Under the pieces are notes generated by a model. That model saw nothing but the letters and a program-made list of their open reading frames with translations, was not told the origin of the DNA and did not search any database. A DNA stretch of 64,000 nucleotides from Selaginella moellendorffii. Its lineage: Eukaryota > Plantae > Lycopodiophyta. The stretch lies in NCBI RefSeq assembly GCF_000143415.4, contig NW_003314395.1, positions 62,001 through 126,000 on the forward strand, in the 5' to 3' direction. The position numbers and the translations under genes are program-made. Shown piece by piece: positions 23,398-34,845 of the stretch (position 1 is the first letter of the stretch; each line of letters opens with the position of its first letter).

Positions 23398-24811
23398 TTA
23401 ACCAAAAATTCGTTTCACAACGTCCACTGGCAGAGCATAGACCGCATCTATCCGCTTCAATCCGGGGTAGTCCAAGAGCGATAACCCTGGACAAAACGGG
23501 TAAGAATCAATCGCAAAGCGAGAGAATTGTCAGCTTACCAGCAACTCCAAAGAAGGTGTGAAAAACATCCACTGCGTCGTTTGGCCTGTCCGAAATGCCG
23601 CCTTCTTCAGTGTCCTACACAAGGCTCACAAATATGTTAAGAGATGAAACGCCTCTACAGTGAGTGTACCTGGCAGTCGAGAATGAAAGTTTTGAGCTTT
23701 TCCTTGTCGATCCAGTCCACACGGTCGAGCGTCACTAGACTTGAAAGCACCCACCACGAGTAGCAGACCTTTGACACGATTCGCCATTTTAGAGAGGACC
23801 AAAGAGATACGACTTACGTCGGGTTGTTTCTCGGGCCTGCCATTGAGACCACCGGATTTAACTTGGCGCTCGCAAAGCCACCAGCCGAGTAAATCCTTGT
23901 CAATGTGATGAAGCGCACCGGCAATAGCGAGCGCGCTAACGCAGCAAAAAACTGTATAGTCGCGGAAAACATTAGCTAAGCCAAGAGCTTTCGAAAAAAG
24001 TTTTCAGGCTTACTCTGTCCGGCGTGAGATTCCCCTCCGGGAATGCTACCAAAACCACCGTCGAAGTTCTTACAGCTCGCAATGTAGTCGACTGCTTTCT
24101 CGACGTTGATCACGTCCAAGCGCTTGAGAAGAGAAAGGCAGCACAACGCGATATACGAGAATCTGGCACAAACAAAAAATAGAGAAGAAAAACACGGTGA
24201 TATGAGAAAACCAAAAGCTTTTCTACTCAACCTCGTATCGATTTCCCCCCACTGGTCTCCAGCAAAAGATCCATCCTCCTGCTGAAGGCTCGCAATATCT
24301 TTCCTGGACGTTAAGAACATTGTTCAAGGAGAAAACAAGTCTGAAGAAAGAAAACTTTGGACAAAAAGGATACAGGAAGCTACTTTGTCCGAGTCCAAGA
24401 GCTCCATTCTATCGTAAATAGCTAGAATCTGGACGGCGCTTAGAGTATAGAGAATGTGAGGATCATGGCCTATGTTTCCACTGAAACCACCTGAAATCAA
24501 AGAAAGAAAGAAAATCCAGCTTAGATCCCAGAGCAGAGCAAGAGAAAGAGGATTTCTCACCGCAATCGTGCTTGCATTGTAAGAGCCAGCTTATGACTTT
24601 AGCATCGTCGACGTCTTCCCTACATTCCATCAAATCCAGGGCGGTCAATCCCCAATACGCTCCGTTCATCCGGAGGTGCTCCATCACCATTGAATCGAAA
24701 TCCTTCTTCTGCGCGATCGAGGAGAGATCTATTCTATCTTTTGCGAGATTTCTTTCATACCTTCTCCAACGACTTGATGAATTCCACATGCTTGTCCACT
24801 CGCAGCTCCAT
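23398..24811 (-). CDS. RGTB: Rab geranylgeranyltransferase type II beta subunit
   Basis: '[15 protein letters not shown]', '[16 protein letters not shown]', 'GEIDTR', '[16 protein letters not shown]'; multi-exon. Confidence 0.93.
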
Positions 24812-24942
24812 CGCCTGTAAACCCTAAGTAGAAAAACTTGCATTTGTTGTTTACTTTAAACGTAGGAAAGAATATTCAAGAAGTACAAATCAGCATATTC
24901 TACAAAGCTTGTGTGCTTTGGCTTTGCAAAGTTTTATAGCTG

Positions 24943-26811
24943 CTACTCTTCTTCTTCGGCTTCTTCGAGCCACTGCACGAAAGGCTCCAAGCTCTTGGCA
25001 AAGATTTGCCTGCAATAAAAATCAAAGCTGTGAATCATCCATCCAATTCAAACGAACGATATCTGACGAGAAAGAAGGAACAATGCAACTGAGAGAATGC
25101 AAAATGAGCTCGTATGAAACGCTAAAGCTGCAAAAAAGTGAAACATTGGCACGTACCGGCCCTTCGGATTCGCTCCCTTGCGGAACCATGTCAAAATGGT
25201 ATCCTCGGCCAGCACGTCCTGGTCGTAGAGAGCGCGCACCATCTCAGGAAAGAGCTTCATGAGCTTTGCGTCTTCGTAGCAGTGGACCTGTATTTTGTAC
25301 ATAAGCTCCATCTCCAGCTTTGCGGACGTGCAGACTTCGCCTAACAGCGAGCCCCATGTCTTCACCTGTGCATTAGAAATAAGAAGAGCGTTACTTCGCT
25401 TCTTACGACGTGAGAGAGCTTAAAAACTAACCTGTCGCAGAGCGAGATTGACATTCTGCTGTTGATTCTTGCCTGACCACTGTACAGCATCCATTAGAGC
25501 ATCCCACACCGTCCGCACAACGTCCACGTCGGGGAGGAGGGATTCCTTTCGACGACTCTTCACAGTCTCGATCACTTCACCCATGTCCGCATTCGCACTA
25601 ATCTGATCGGCCAGCGAGGTTCTCAGCTCTTTTAGCTTCACGTCGAAAACTTTCTTGTCATGGTACTCAACCAAAACACCCAGGCCTTCCTTCCTGCAAT
25701 AAAGATAAACTTGAAGATGCACAAGAGATAAAAATCATGAAAAGCACCAACCTGAAGTGCTCGGCGAATGCTTCGGGGGTTCGCTTCTGCATTGGGAACA
25801 ACTCCACGAGACGATCCTCCATTTTCGCACGCTTCAGGAGCGATATGAGATCGTCAAGACTGTTCTCCAGAAGATACTCTTTGAATGTCTCCGTACAAAA
25901 CCCCAGTACAGTCCCCTTTGCCACGAGGCTGTCATTGAGAAGCGCCGCAAATACTGTTTCTGGTGGCAGGCCCGAGAGCTTCTGGGACAAAGCAAGGGTC
26001 GTGAAGATTGCCAGCTTCTTCCGGTCATCGGCATCAAAGAGTTCCTAACAAAAAGAAAAAAGAGTTAATACCGTCTCCCTGTAAACCAGAAAAACTAGCA
26101 TACCAAAGATTGGAGCAGCCTGCGCATGACATTTTCGAGATTCTTGATCAGGAACGGACGTCGCCTTATAATCTTCTGAATGTACAGAACGTAAGGCAGT
26201 ATGCTAGGTCGAGTAGCTTCACAATTTAAAACAGCATAAGGCTGCCTCTCTCCGTCCTCGGGCTTCGTCGTCCCTGGTTGATTACGGCCACCGGTGAACA
26301 CAACCTGGCAAACGAAAGGAAAAACAAGTTTGAGACTCCTAAACTCCACCGAGAAACTGCGAAGTTCTTAAGCTTATCCATACCTCGAAGAAGGTGTCAC
26401 CATAGCGTGAGAAATCAAGATCCGAGGCCTCGATACTCTTGGCAGTCAGCTCCTAGAAAAACCAGAGGAAAGAATAATTAAAAATCAAGATCACGTTCGC
26501 AAGGCATAATTCTCACCAGATCACCAGCATGATCCAAGTAGATCTGGACTATAGCATCCGCGAAAGAAGATGGGTCCAACGGAATTGCAATATTCCGTTT
26601 GCGGGTCTTAATCCGCGTGCCACTATACACGCCCAAATCATGAACAAACCAAACCAAACCAAAACCAATGCAAGAATCTCAAAGCCCTTACCCGAGAGTG
26701 GGTCTCTCCTTGGTGCTGCAAAAGCACACAACACGAATTAGAACCAGATTCTGAGACCTAGACACTGGATCCGACAAGCAATTTGGCCCATAGGGTCGCA
26801 TCTCACCTCAT
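24943..26811 (-). CDS. BZW: BZW / eIF5-mimic protein (5MP), W2 domain
   Basis: Spliced N-terminus MSTKERPTLGGTRIKTRKRN; 'IRRRPFLIKNLENV'; 'LYDQDVLAEDTIL.W'; ends FVQWLEEAEEEE*. Confidence 0.93.
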
Positions 26812-27215
26812 AAAACGAGGAGCGCCGATCCGCAGCTACCTAGTGGCGCCGGTGCCGATCCCGCCAACGATTCGATGGATCGATCAAACCCCCGCGCGCT
26901 CTCGCCGGCCGCGCACAAACGAGACGAGGAGAGAAATGGGGGTTGAGAATGGGCAAAAAAAAAAAGAGATAGCGTGGGCTCGTTTGGAACAATTAACCGG
27001 AATAAAGTAAAGCGTTTGGATTCCGTCAATTTAATGAGTCGGATGGTTAGGGCATGACGTGTGCGTGGCTTGATCAAAATCGTACACGTGTCTTTTATAT
27101 TTAACCGTAAGAAAATGCGACTCCAAGATACAATTTGTATCAGTTTGCCAATCATTAGGAAATAAACATTGGAAATAGTCAATTTCTTTGACTTCTGCTG
27201 ACCAAGTCAAACTAG

Positions 27216-28934
27216 TTACTTGGCACTTAGGGTTTTTGCGTCGGCGAGCATGACATAGAGACCGGCATTGTTGCTGGATCGCCCGCCCAGCCTGTGAATC
27301 GCCCCAGCGGCCCTCTCTGCGCCATTCTTCTCGCCGTGATTCCGCGATGCTGCCAAGAGCGTCTGCCAGGCGATTGGATTTGGCACGAAGGGCATGAAAC
27401 GGACGAGATCCTCGGCCCTCTCCAGCTGCCCCGCGCGCGCAAGCACGTCCACAAGGCAGCAGTAGTGGTCGTAGATCGGTTCCAGCGCATGATCGAAGGA
27501 AACGCTCCAAAATCTTCTGCGGCTCTCTTCGATCCGCCCCATTTTGCTGCAAGCCACGAGGATTCCGACGTAGGTGATGGCGCTGGCGAGGAATCCTTCA
27601 CACTCCATGGCGGCGGCAAGCTCCAGCGCTGTGGCGGCGCCCACGGCGGCGGTGCACGCCACCACCATTGCATTCCAGGCCACGGCATCGCAAGAACTCA
27701 TCTTCTGGAAGAGCTCCATCGCTCGATCCATCTGCCCGGTGCGAGCATAGGCATTGATGACGGCAGTGCGCGCTGCGAGGTCGCTGGATCGATTGGGCAT
27801 CAGATCCAACATGCTACGAGCAGTGGCGATCTGGCCATTCTCGATCAGCGCCTGGATGATAGCGAGCCAGGCCACCTCGTCCGTTTCAGGGATCTGCAGG
27901 AAGAGCTCCAATGCCTGCTCGATATGCCCGGCGCGGCCATAGGCTGTGATGAGCGTGGTGATCGCCACCACATCGAGCTCTGGCATTCGATCAAACAGGC
28001 ACTTAGCCTGCTCCAAGTTACCCCCTGCCGTGCTTGCGACAAGGATAGCGTTCCAGGAGATCCTGTTCCTCTCGGGCATCGAATCAAAAAGCCGCTGCGC
28101 TGTTTCTAGATCCCCAACACGGGCGTGACCGGAGATGATAGCAGTCCACGAGATCACATCCACAAATGGCATCGCAGAGATCACGCGATCTGCCTCAAGA
28201 ACCTCCCCGGCATCGCAGAGCGCTGCCACAATCGCGTTGCACGATGCAACGTTTCTCTCAGGCATCGCACAGAAGATCTCTTTTGCGCGTTTTAGATGCC
28301 CGTTTCGGGCATATGTAGCAATGAGCGCGTTATAAGTCACGATGTTGTGTTCCGGCATTGCAAGAAAGATGGCGGCCGCGGAGGTCATCTCGCCACGATC
28401 ACCGTATCCGGTCATAATCGCGGTCCAGGAATTTACGCTCTTGTGGGGCATTTGATCAAAGAGATTTCTTGCAATGGCCAGATGGCCGGACTGGAGATAG
28501 CTCTGGATCATGGTGCCCCAGGAGATTGTGTCGTGATCGCCCATGGCATCGAACACTTGCCGTGCCTCCTCTATCTGGCCGCGGCTTGCTAGCACACGAA
28601 TCATTGCAGTGGAGGAGACGGGATTCCAAACGGGCATCCTATGGAAGAAAAGGTTGGCGGCGTTCTTGAGGTCGCCGTGGAGGGCGCAGCCAGAGAGGAT
28701 GGCATTGAAGGAGACAATGCTGTGTTTGGGAGTGGAGTCAAAGATCTTCCAGGCAAGGTCCATTTGCCCGGCCTGGGCAAATGCGGTGATCACAGTGTTC
28801 CAGGTGACCACGTTTTTCTTGGAATCTGGGATTCGGTTGAACAGGTCTGTGGCTTGCTTGAGATTCCCATGTTTGAGATGAAAAGCTAGCTTTGTGTTCC
28901 AAGACAAGACTTCGTTGTGTAACCCACCCTCCAT
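27216..28934 (-). CDS. PLS-class PPR protein (mostly 31-aa S/SS-type repeats) with an E domain and no DYW
   Basis: Consecutive ~31-aa repeats; 'HYCCLVDVLARAGQL..A..L...MPFVP....W..LL'; ends at 'YVMLA'. Confidence 0.9.
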   Translation of the reverse strand: MEGGLHNEVLSWNTKLAFHLKHGNLKQATDLFNRIPDSKKNVVTWNTVITAFAQAGQMDLAWKIFDSTPKHSIVSFNAILSGCALHGDLKNAANLFFHRMPVWNPVSSTAMIRVLASRGQIEEARQVFDAMGDHDTISWGTMIQSYLQSGHLAIARNLFDQMPHKSVNSWTAIMTGYGDRGEMTSAAAIFLAMPEHNIVTYNALIATYARNGHLKRAKEIFCAMPERNVASCNAIVAALCDAGEVLEADRVISAMPFVDVISWTAIISGHARVGDLETAQRLFDSMPERNRISWNAILVASTAGGNLEQAKCLFDRMPELDVVAITTLITAYGRAGHIEQALELFLQIPETDEVAWLAIIQALIENGQIATARSMLDLMPNRSSDLAARTAVINAYARTGQMDRAMELFQKMSSCDAVAWNAMVVACTAAVGAATALELAAAMECEGFLASAITYVGILVACSKMGRIEESRRRFWSVSFDHALEPIYDHYCCLVDVLARAGQLERAEDLVRFMPFVPNPIAWQTLLAASRNHGEKNGAERAAGAIHRLGGRSSNNAGLYVMLADAKTLSAK

Positions 28935-30002
28935 AGTTGAAAACACCACATTCTCATATTTTAGGTATATTGACTGGTTTAATACTATAAATGGATAAAG
29001 TCTTGAACATTATATTAACTATATTCTTGTATATAATAAAACATTCTGTTTATTTTATATTTTCAATAACAAAACTGATTTTTAAGATATTACTAAAGTA
29101 AATTACTCAAAATTACCTAAATTGTTTTAATATAAATAAATATATTAAAATGTTATATATAGATTATCAAATTGATTAAATACTTATAATATTCTAATTT
29201 TCTATATATAGTTCAATATCCTAAAAACTAAAACTCAATTTCTAATTGCTTAGGATATGAGAATAAAAGTATATATGAATTTGTGTTTAAACCCCGGCAA
29301 AGTTATGTATTTAAACACTTTACATGTTAAATAAATTAAACAAATAAAAGTAAAGATTATACCTAAATGCATTACATAGTTTTTTATTTTTTAAATTTTA
29401 AATTTTTATTAATTTATATTGATTTTATGAGGTACATCTATTGTCAAAATGAAGTTATAATCTTGAAACTTTGATTTTTACGAAAAAAAGTAATTTTCTT
29501 ATGAATAAAATTTTAATTTTTTTTCATTTTACCCCCTTTTGTTAGCATGCTTTTTCCCTAATTTTAAAAAGAATTTTTTTTAAAAGAATGATTCATTCCT
29601 CTTTTTATTCATTTAAAATTCAAAATATCAACTACATTATTTCATTAATAATTAAAACTGCATGATCTAAATACAATGGTTTGAATTCAAATTTTACATT
29701 TCTATGTCTTTTGAAATTCTAATGTGTGCTTCTTTATGTATTCACTGAGGCTTGACATGAAATTGGAATGTAATTGATTTATATAGAAAGCAGACTTTAG
29801 TGTTATCACACCTGACAATTGGTAAAGAAGATATTAGAAAAGTTATTTCATAAACGTATCCAGAAACCTGTCACTCAAAACACCAACTTTACAATTCTTC
29901 TGTGATTGCAGCAAGAGCCCAGGGACAAACAGCCGAGAGCAAGAAACGTTTCTTTTTACTGACAAGAAGCGTTCTTTTTACGCACTAAAGGAAGTCTACA
30001 AT

Positions 30003-30305
30003 TCAATCCTTCTTTCCGAAAAGTCCTCCCAAGAAGCCACCCTTGGAGGGCGCTGCTGCTGTCCCTGCTCCTTTCTTCTGCTTGCTCGATGGCACCGCTG
30101 ACGACGCAGCTCCATTGGATCGATCATTTCCATCGCCCTGGTTCAAAACCGGATCCTTCTCCGAGAAAGTTTCCTTGTCCAATCCCTTGAGCAACCAGTC
30201 CAAGAACCCTCCACCATCCTGCTGCTGCTGCTTCTTCTCGGCGCTCAAGAAGAGTGGCCTTTGAGGGGCTTGCAACGCGATCCCTCCCACACCAAACTGG
30301 GCCAT
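30003..30305 (-). CDS. TSP9: Thylakoid soluble phosphoprotein TSP9-like
   Basis: 'GFLDWLLKGLDKE...E.DPVL' and C-terminal 'GGFLGGLFGKK'. Confidence 0.8.
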   Translation of the reverse strand: MAQFGVGGIALQAPQRPLFLSAEKKQQQQDGGGFLDWLLKGLDKETFSEKDPVLNQGDGNDRSNGAASSAVPSSKQKKGAGTAAAPSKGGFLGGLFGKKD

Positions 30306-30396
30306 TTCTCCTTCCAAATCCTCCTCGAGAGCGATCAAAACCCTAGCTACGTATGCCAAGCTCCAGAGACGCTTGTGGAGTGCACACGCTCCCCCC

Positions 30397-30475
30397 GGAT
30401 AAGAAACGAAAGAGCCTGCTACCGCCACGTGGTAGCTTATCCCAACCCACGTCATGGCCACGTTGGCTGCTGACG
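30397..30475. promoter_or_regulatory. Light-responsive I-box/G-box cluster upstream of TSP9
   Basis: GGATAAG 30397, CACGTG 30426, CTTATCC 30436, CACGTC 30448, CACGTT 30459, TGACG 30471. Confidence 0.6.
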
Positions 30476-30793
30476 CGGCTGAATACAAGGTTCATATGTA
30501 TTTTACAGATTTTACTGGGATGAAAACAAGCTTTTTAGATTTTCCTGCGAAGTAGTTTCTGAAAGTCTCAAAATCAAATCGATGGAAGCTCAAGCACTTA
30601 CAAATAAGAAAAACATTAAAAAGTTAGCATGAAACTGAACGGGAAACTATAGAAGAGAAATCATACCTCCCATGCGCTGTGACTCTACCGCGAGCCCAAT
30701 TTCTGTAAGATCAGTGCTAAAAACACCAGAAATCTGTCTAAGAGCCCTCGCGAATTTCATGGCCAAGCCGTCGCACTATCCTAACAACTGTAG

Positions 30794-31675
30794 CTACCGC
30801 TGCGAGTGCATATCCCTCCAAACCCAAGCGCTGGATTTAAAATCTGCTGATATTTGCACCCGCAAAACCTCATGAACAGTCCCTCGTTCCATCACCTTGA
30901 AGAGAAATCGCTGGCGAGGCTCAGTGAGCTCGTACAAGGACGCTATCTTCATGTGCATCTCGTCTCGCCGGCGGAAGCCATTGGACCAAACACCCATGCT
31001 CCACCACCGAAAGCATATGTGTCGATCGGAAATCTTCCTCCCAACGAGGGCGTCTCATCCTGGTGTCAAGGCAAAGATTTCTAAGAGGAAAACCAGAGGG
31101 AAAGCATTGAGTTACCTGGATCTTGAGATGGACGAGCGAGTAGTGCAAGCCGATTAGATTCACCAGGACGCTCAAAGTTGGCGAGAACAGATTGATGAGA
31201 ACGTCCTGGAAGCCAATGTCTCGCACGCACAGGAGGTCGAGAGCGTTGAGATAGTTAGCGACTTCCAGCGATTCTTCGCAGGCGTACATTCTCACAAACT
31301 CGATCACGGCTCTGGCCAAGCTTGCCATCTCAAGGTGGCGATGAGCGTACGATGTTCTCCAGTCCTTGAAGAAGCTTAAACGAAATCTATCACAAGAAAG
31401 AAAATTAGCTACCTCGTGAGGCTGCTTGTGAGGGGTGGCCGCGGGCCAGCGTCTCTTGAAAACGCTGGCCCAGATTCCATCGCGACAACCGATTTTCCAG
31501 AGAGATTTTGAGCAGCTTGCCAGTGCACAAAGATCTCGCGACTGTGTCAAAATCTCCCACGAACTTTAGGAAATCTCTGCAACATTCCCTATCACCATCA
31601 TACCTCGAGCAAGATCAGGATGCGCTCCAATAGATCGTCTTCCAGATCCTCAAGCCTTCCTGGCTGTGAATCCAT
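30794..31675 (-). CDS. F-box protein (multi-exon; possible frame break near 31055)
   Basis: 'LEDLEDDLLERILILLE|SRDLCALASCSK.L...DGIW'; C-terminal 'RGTVHEVLRVQIS'. Confidence 0.7.
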
Positions 31676-31858
31676 GGTACCGTGCTGCACAGTCTCGCGA
31701 GATCAAACACCGGCGCGTTGAGATCGGCGCCTTGGAGAAGCCATTGCTGGAAGAAACTCTCCAAATTTCTTCCTGGAGGAAGAATTTCTCTCCTTCCAGG
31801 TGGCAGTACAAGGAATATACGAGCCCTGCTTTCTAGGGTTCTTGAGTGAAGAGGACAA

Positions 31859-32602
31859 ATGCGCTGGCGCGGAATCGCTGTTCTAGTCGTGGCTTGCGTC
31901 GGTGAGTAATTCTTGTCTCCAGAATCTTTACCGAGCACTGGATCTCTCAGTATCTCAGTGCGGCGGGGATGTGGAATCGACGCTCGCGATGGTGAAGCCC
32001 GACTGCGTCGAGACGAATCAGGTGGAATCCATCAAGGCCCTTGTCAATGCGTCGGGTTTTCTGATCATCACCGAGAGAATGCTACGTCTGGAAGAATCGC
32101 TGGCCAGGAACTTTTATGCCGAGCATTCCAAGCGCGAGTTTTTTGACGATCTCGTCGATTTCATGACAAGGTTTGATGGATTATTTGCTTGTTTTTGCCG
32201 CGTTCTTTACAGCCATTCCCTCGTTCTTCGCAGTGGTTCTGTCGCTGCCATGGTGCTCCAGAAACACAACGCCATTGCTGAGTGGCGTGAGTTGATCGGT
32301 CCGACTGATCCATCCAAGGCGAGAGTTTCTCATCCACAAACGTAAGAACAAGTTTGTTTGCAAGCTTTCACTTTTCTCTGTGATCGGGATGGTGTAGCCT
32401 TCGAGCCAAATGGGGTATCGATACGCAAAGGAACTGCGTTCACGGATCAGATTCCTCACTATCTGCTGGAAGAGAAATTTCTCTCTTGTTTGGTGGTTCA
32501 CGCTCCACAGGCAAGCGTTTCATGCGCGGTGTATCTCATGCTTATATGTGGTGTACTTTGATCTTGGCAGGAGCCGGTAGAATCTCTCACGAAGAACTAT
32601 GA
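31859..32602 (+). CDS. Nucleoside diphosphate kinase, ER-type (type IV / NDPK5-like)
   Basis: Signal peptide MRWRGIAVLVVACV, 'TLAMVKPD', 'FYAEH', 'WRELIGPTDP', catalytic 'NCVHGSDS'; spliced end ...ISHEEL*. Confidence 0.88.
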
Positions 32603-32799
32603 GCTGCGTCTCAAGGATCGTGGCTTTCGGCTCGTACTGTCAGTCACATACTCCACATTGGCCGGCAGGGTACTAAGTATAATTCGCGCTTGGGAAAGGT
32701 TTCGGAACATGCGGTGGAGCCATAGATAGCATCCAACACAATCTCAGGCTGATCTCTATGTTGGCCCCTCGCAATCAGGGTTGCAGCTTGGGTACATCC

Positions 32800-33510
32800 A
32801 GCAAGGAGCACAGCTACAGGCAGGTCCAGTTCAACAATGGATGCCGCGGCTCTAGAGCCAAGCCCATGGATGCAAACTGTTGAGTGGCCCTGTGTCACGT
32901 GGCTACTTTCCAGTGGTTTGCCACGAAGCTTCTGGTTTCCGGCTGTCTTGACGGCAAACTATCTCCAGAACCGGCTCCCCACCTCTGCTGGCATCGCTCC
33001 TGAAGAAGCATGGAGTAGCAAGAAACCTACAGTTACGCATCTGAGAATATTCAGGTGTGAAGCGTGGGCACACATCCCTGACGGAATGCACAAGAAATTG
33101 GAGCAGGCTGTGTTTGTCGATCACAAAGCCTATCGTCTCTGAAATCCAATCACGAAGCAGGAGATCCTGAGCAGAGATGTGGTTTTCAACGTCCAGTCAA
33201 GGTTCTACATCCAAGCCTACCTTGACCGAAGAAAATGACGTTGAAGCGGAACAAGACCAGTTGACTGTCAGCATGATCACTGTGCCGCTTCAAACAGTCC
33301 CTACGCATCAACCCATGCCCGCTTCTACTCCAACACCACCAATGCCGCCGCCTCCTTCAGATCCTCCACGCAGATCGATCCGCACAAGGCGGCCTACTGA
33401 GCGTCTCATCGAGACAATGGTCTCATCTCGTGCAGCTGGGACTCCTACTGTTCCGAGGACCCATGAAGCCATGGCCTCACAGGAAGCGTCTTACTGGCGT
33501 GTAGCAATGT
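32800..33510 (+). mobile_element. Ty1/Copia pol fragment (integrase C-terminus to start of RT)
   Basis: 'SGLPRSFW..AV.TANYLQNRLPT...PEEAWS.KKP.V.HLRIF.C.AWAHIP...KAYRL*...SRDVVF' followed by 'PRT..EAM...W..AM'. Confidence 0.85.
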
Positions 33511-34845
33511 GAATCATGCTTAGCTAGTCTGAGATGATGAGCATGAAGAGCTGATGAGAAAGGCATATGAAAAACTCATCAATCAACTACCCAAAACTTA
33601 GTTTTTGGTCATGGACTTACTTGCACACTCTTTGCTCCTTGTTATGGCTTCAATCTTGCCACTAGCATGTGATCTTGGCTGTGAACTGCAAGGTTCTCAT
33701 TTCTACTACTACTAAGCACTTAAACCTCCAAAAGTATCCTTCCCAATTGCTGGAAGTTCCTACAAAGAATTGTTATCCTATGTTCTTGAATCTTGCTTGA
33801 TCTAATTTTTTATATAGGTTGCTGAAATCTCTCAATCTCCCACTGGCTTTATACTCTACTTGTTGCTCAGCACCTCTGCACAGCCTAGTGCCTTTAAGCA
33901 TCTAGCACATCTACCAAAAGCTTCAAGCAGTGCAAAAAGGGATTGCAATCAAGAGGCTCATCCTCCTCCTTGTCACTAGCCTCTTGGCTAGCAAGTTCCA
34001 TGCCCAAGATCAAGGAGCCAATTGCTTCAATACCATATTAGTAGTGGAGAGAGGAAGAACTTTTTGTGTATGCAACTGTATATGGATGGTACATATATAT
34101 GAAACTACTACCACATAGGCATAACTACATGCCACATCATCTCTACCACTCATGATCGATCCAAGCCTAAATCTAAGCCTGAATCATGCTTAGCTAGTAT
34201 GAGATGATAAGCATGGAGAGCTGATAAGAAAGGCATATAAAAAACTCATCAATCAACTACTTAAAACTTGGTTCTTGGTCTTGGACTTGCTTGCACACTC
34301 TTTGCTTTTTGCTATGGCTTCAATCTTGCCATTAGTATGTGGTCTTGGCTGTGAACTGCCAGGCTCCCACTTCTATAGCTACAAGCACTTAAATCTCCAT
34401 AAGCATCCTTCCTAATTGCTGGAAGTTCCTGCAAAGAATTATTATGCTACGTTTTTGAATCTTCTTTGATCCAATTTTTGATATGGGTTGCTAAAATCTC
34501 TCAATCTCCCACTAGCTTTATGCTCTGCTTGCTACTACTTGCTGCTCAGCACTTCTACATGGCCTGGTGCCTTCAAGCATCTAGCAGATCTACCAAAAGC
34601 TTCAAGCATTGCAAAAAGGGATTGCAATCAGAAGGCTCATCCTCCTCCTCGTCATTGGCCTCCTAACTAGCAAGCACCATGCCCAGGATCAAGGAGCCAA
34701 TTGCTCTAATACCATGTTAGTAGTAGAGAGATTTGCACAAGGAGGAAGAACTTCCTATATATTCAACTGTATATGGATGGTATATATGTATGAAACTACT
34801 ACCATGTAGGCATAACTACATGCCACATCATCTCTACCTCTAACA
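33510..34845 (-). mobile_element. Two tandem truncated copies of a short-LTR retroelement 5' end (LTR + PBS + gag-like start)
   Basis: Direct repeats at about 33510-34150 and 34180-34840. LTR 34715-34845 (TGTTAG...CTAACA); adjacent GCTCTAATACCA is the reverse complement of an iMet-type PBS. Confidence 0.75.

Noticed and set aside
28950-29900. MITE in the very AT-rich stretch
   Set aside because: No convincing TIR or TSD found by eye.
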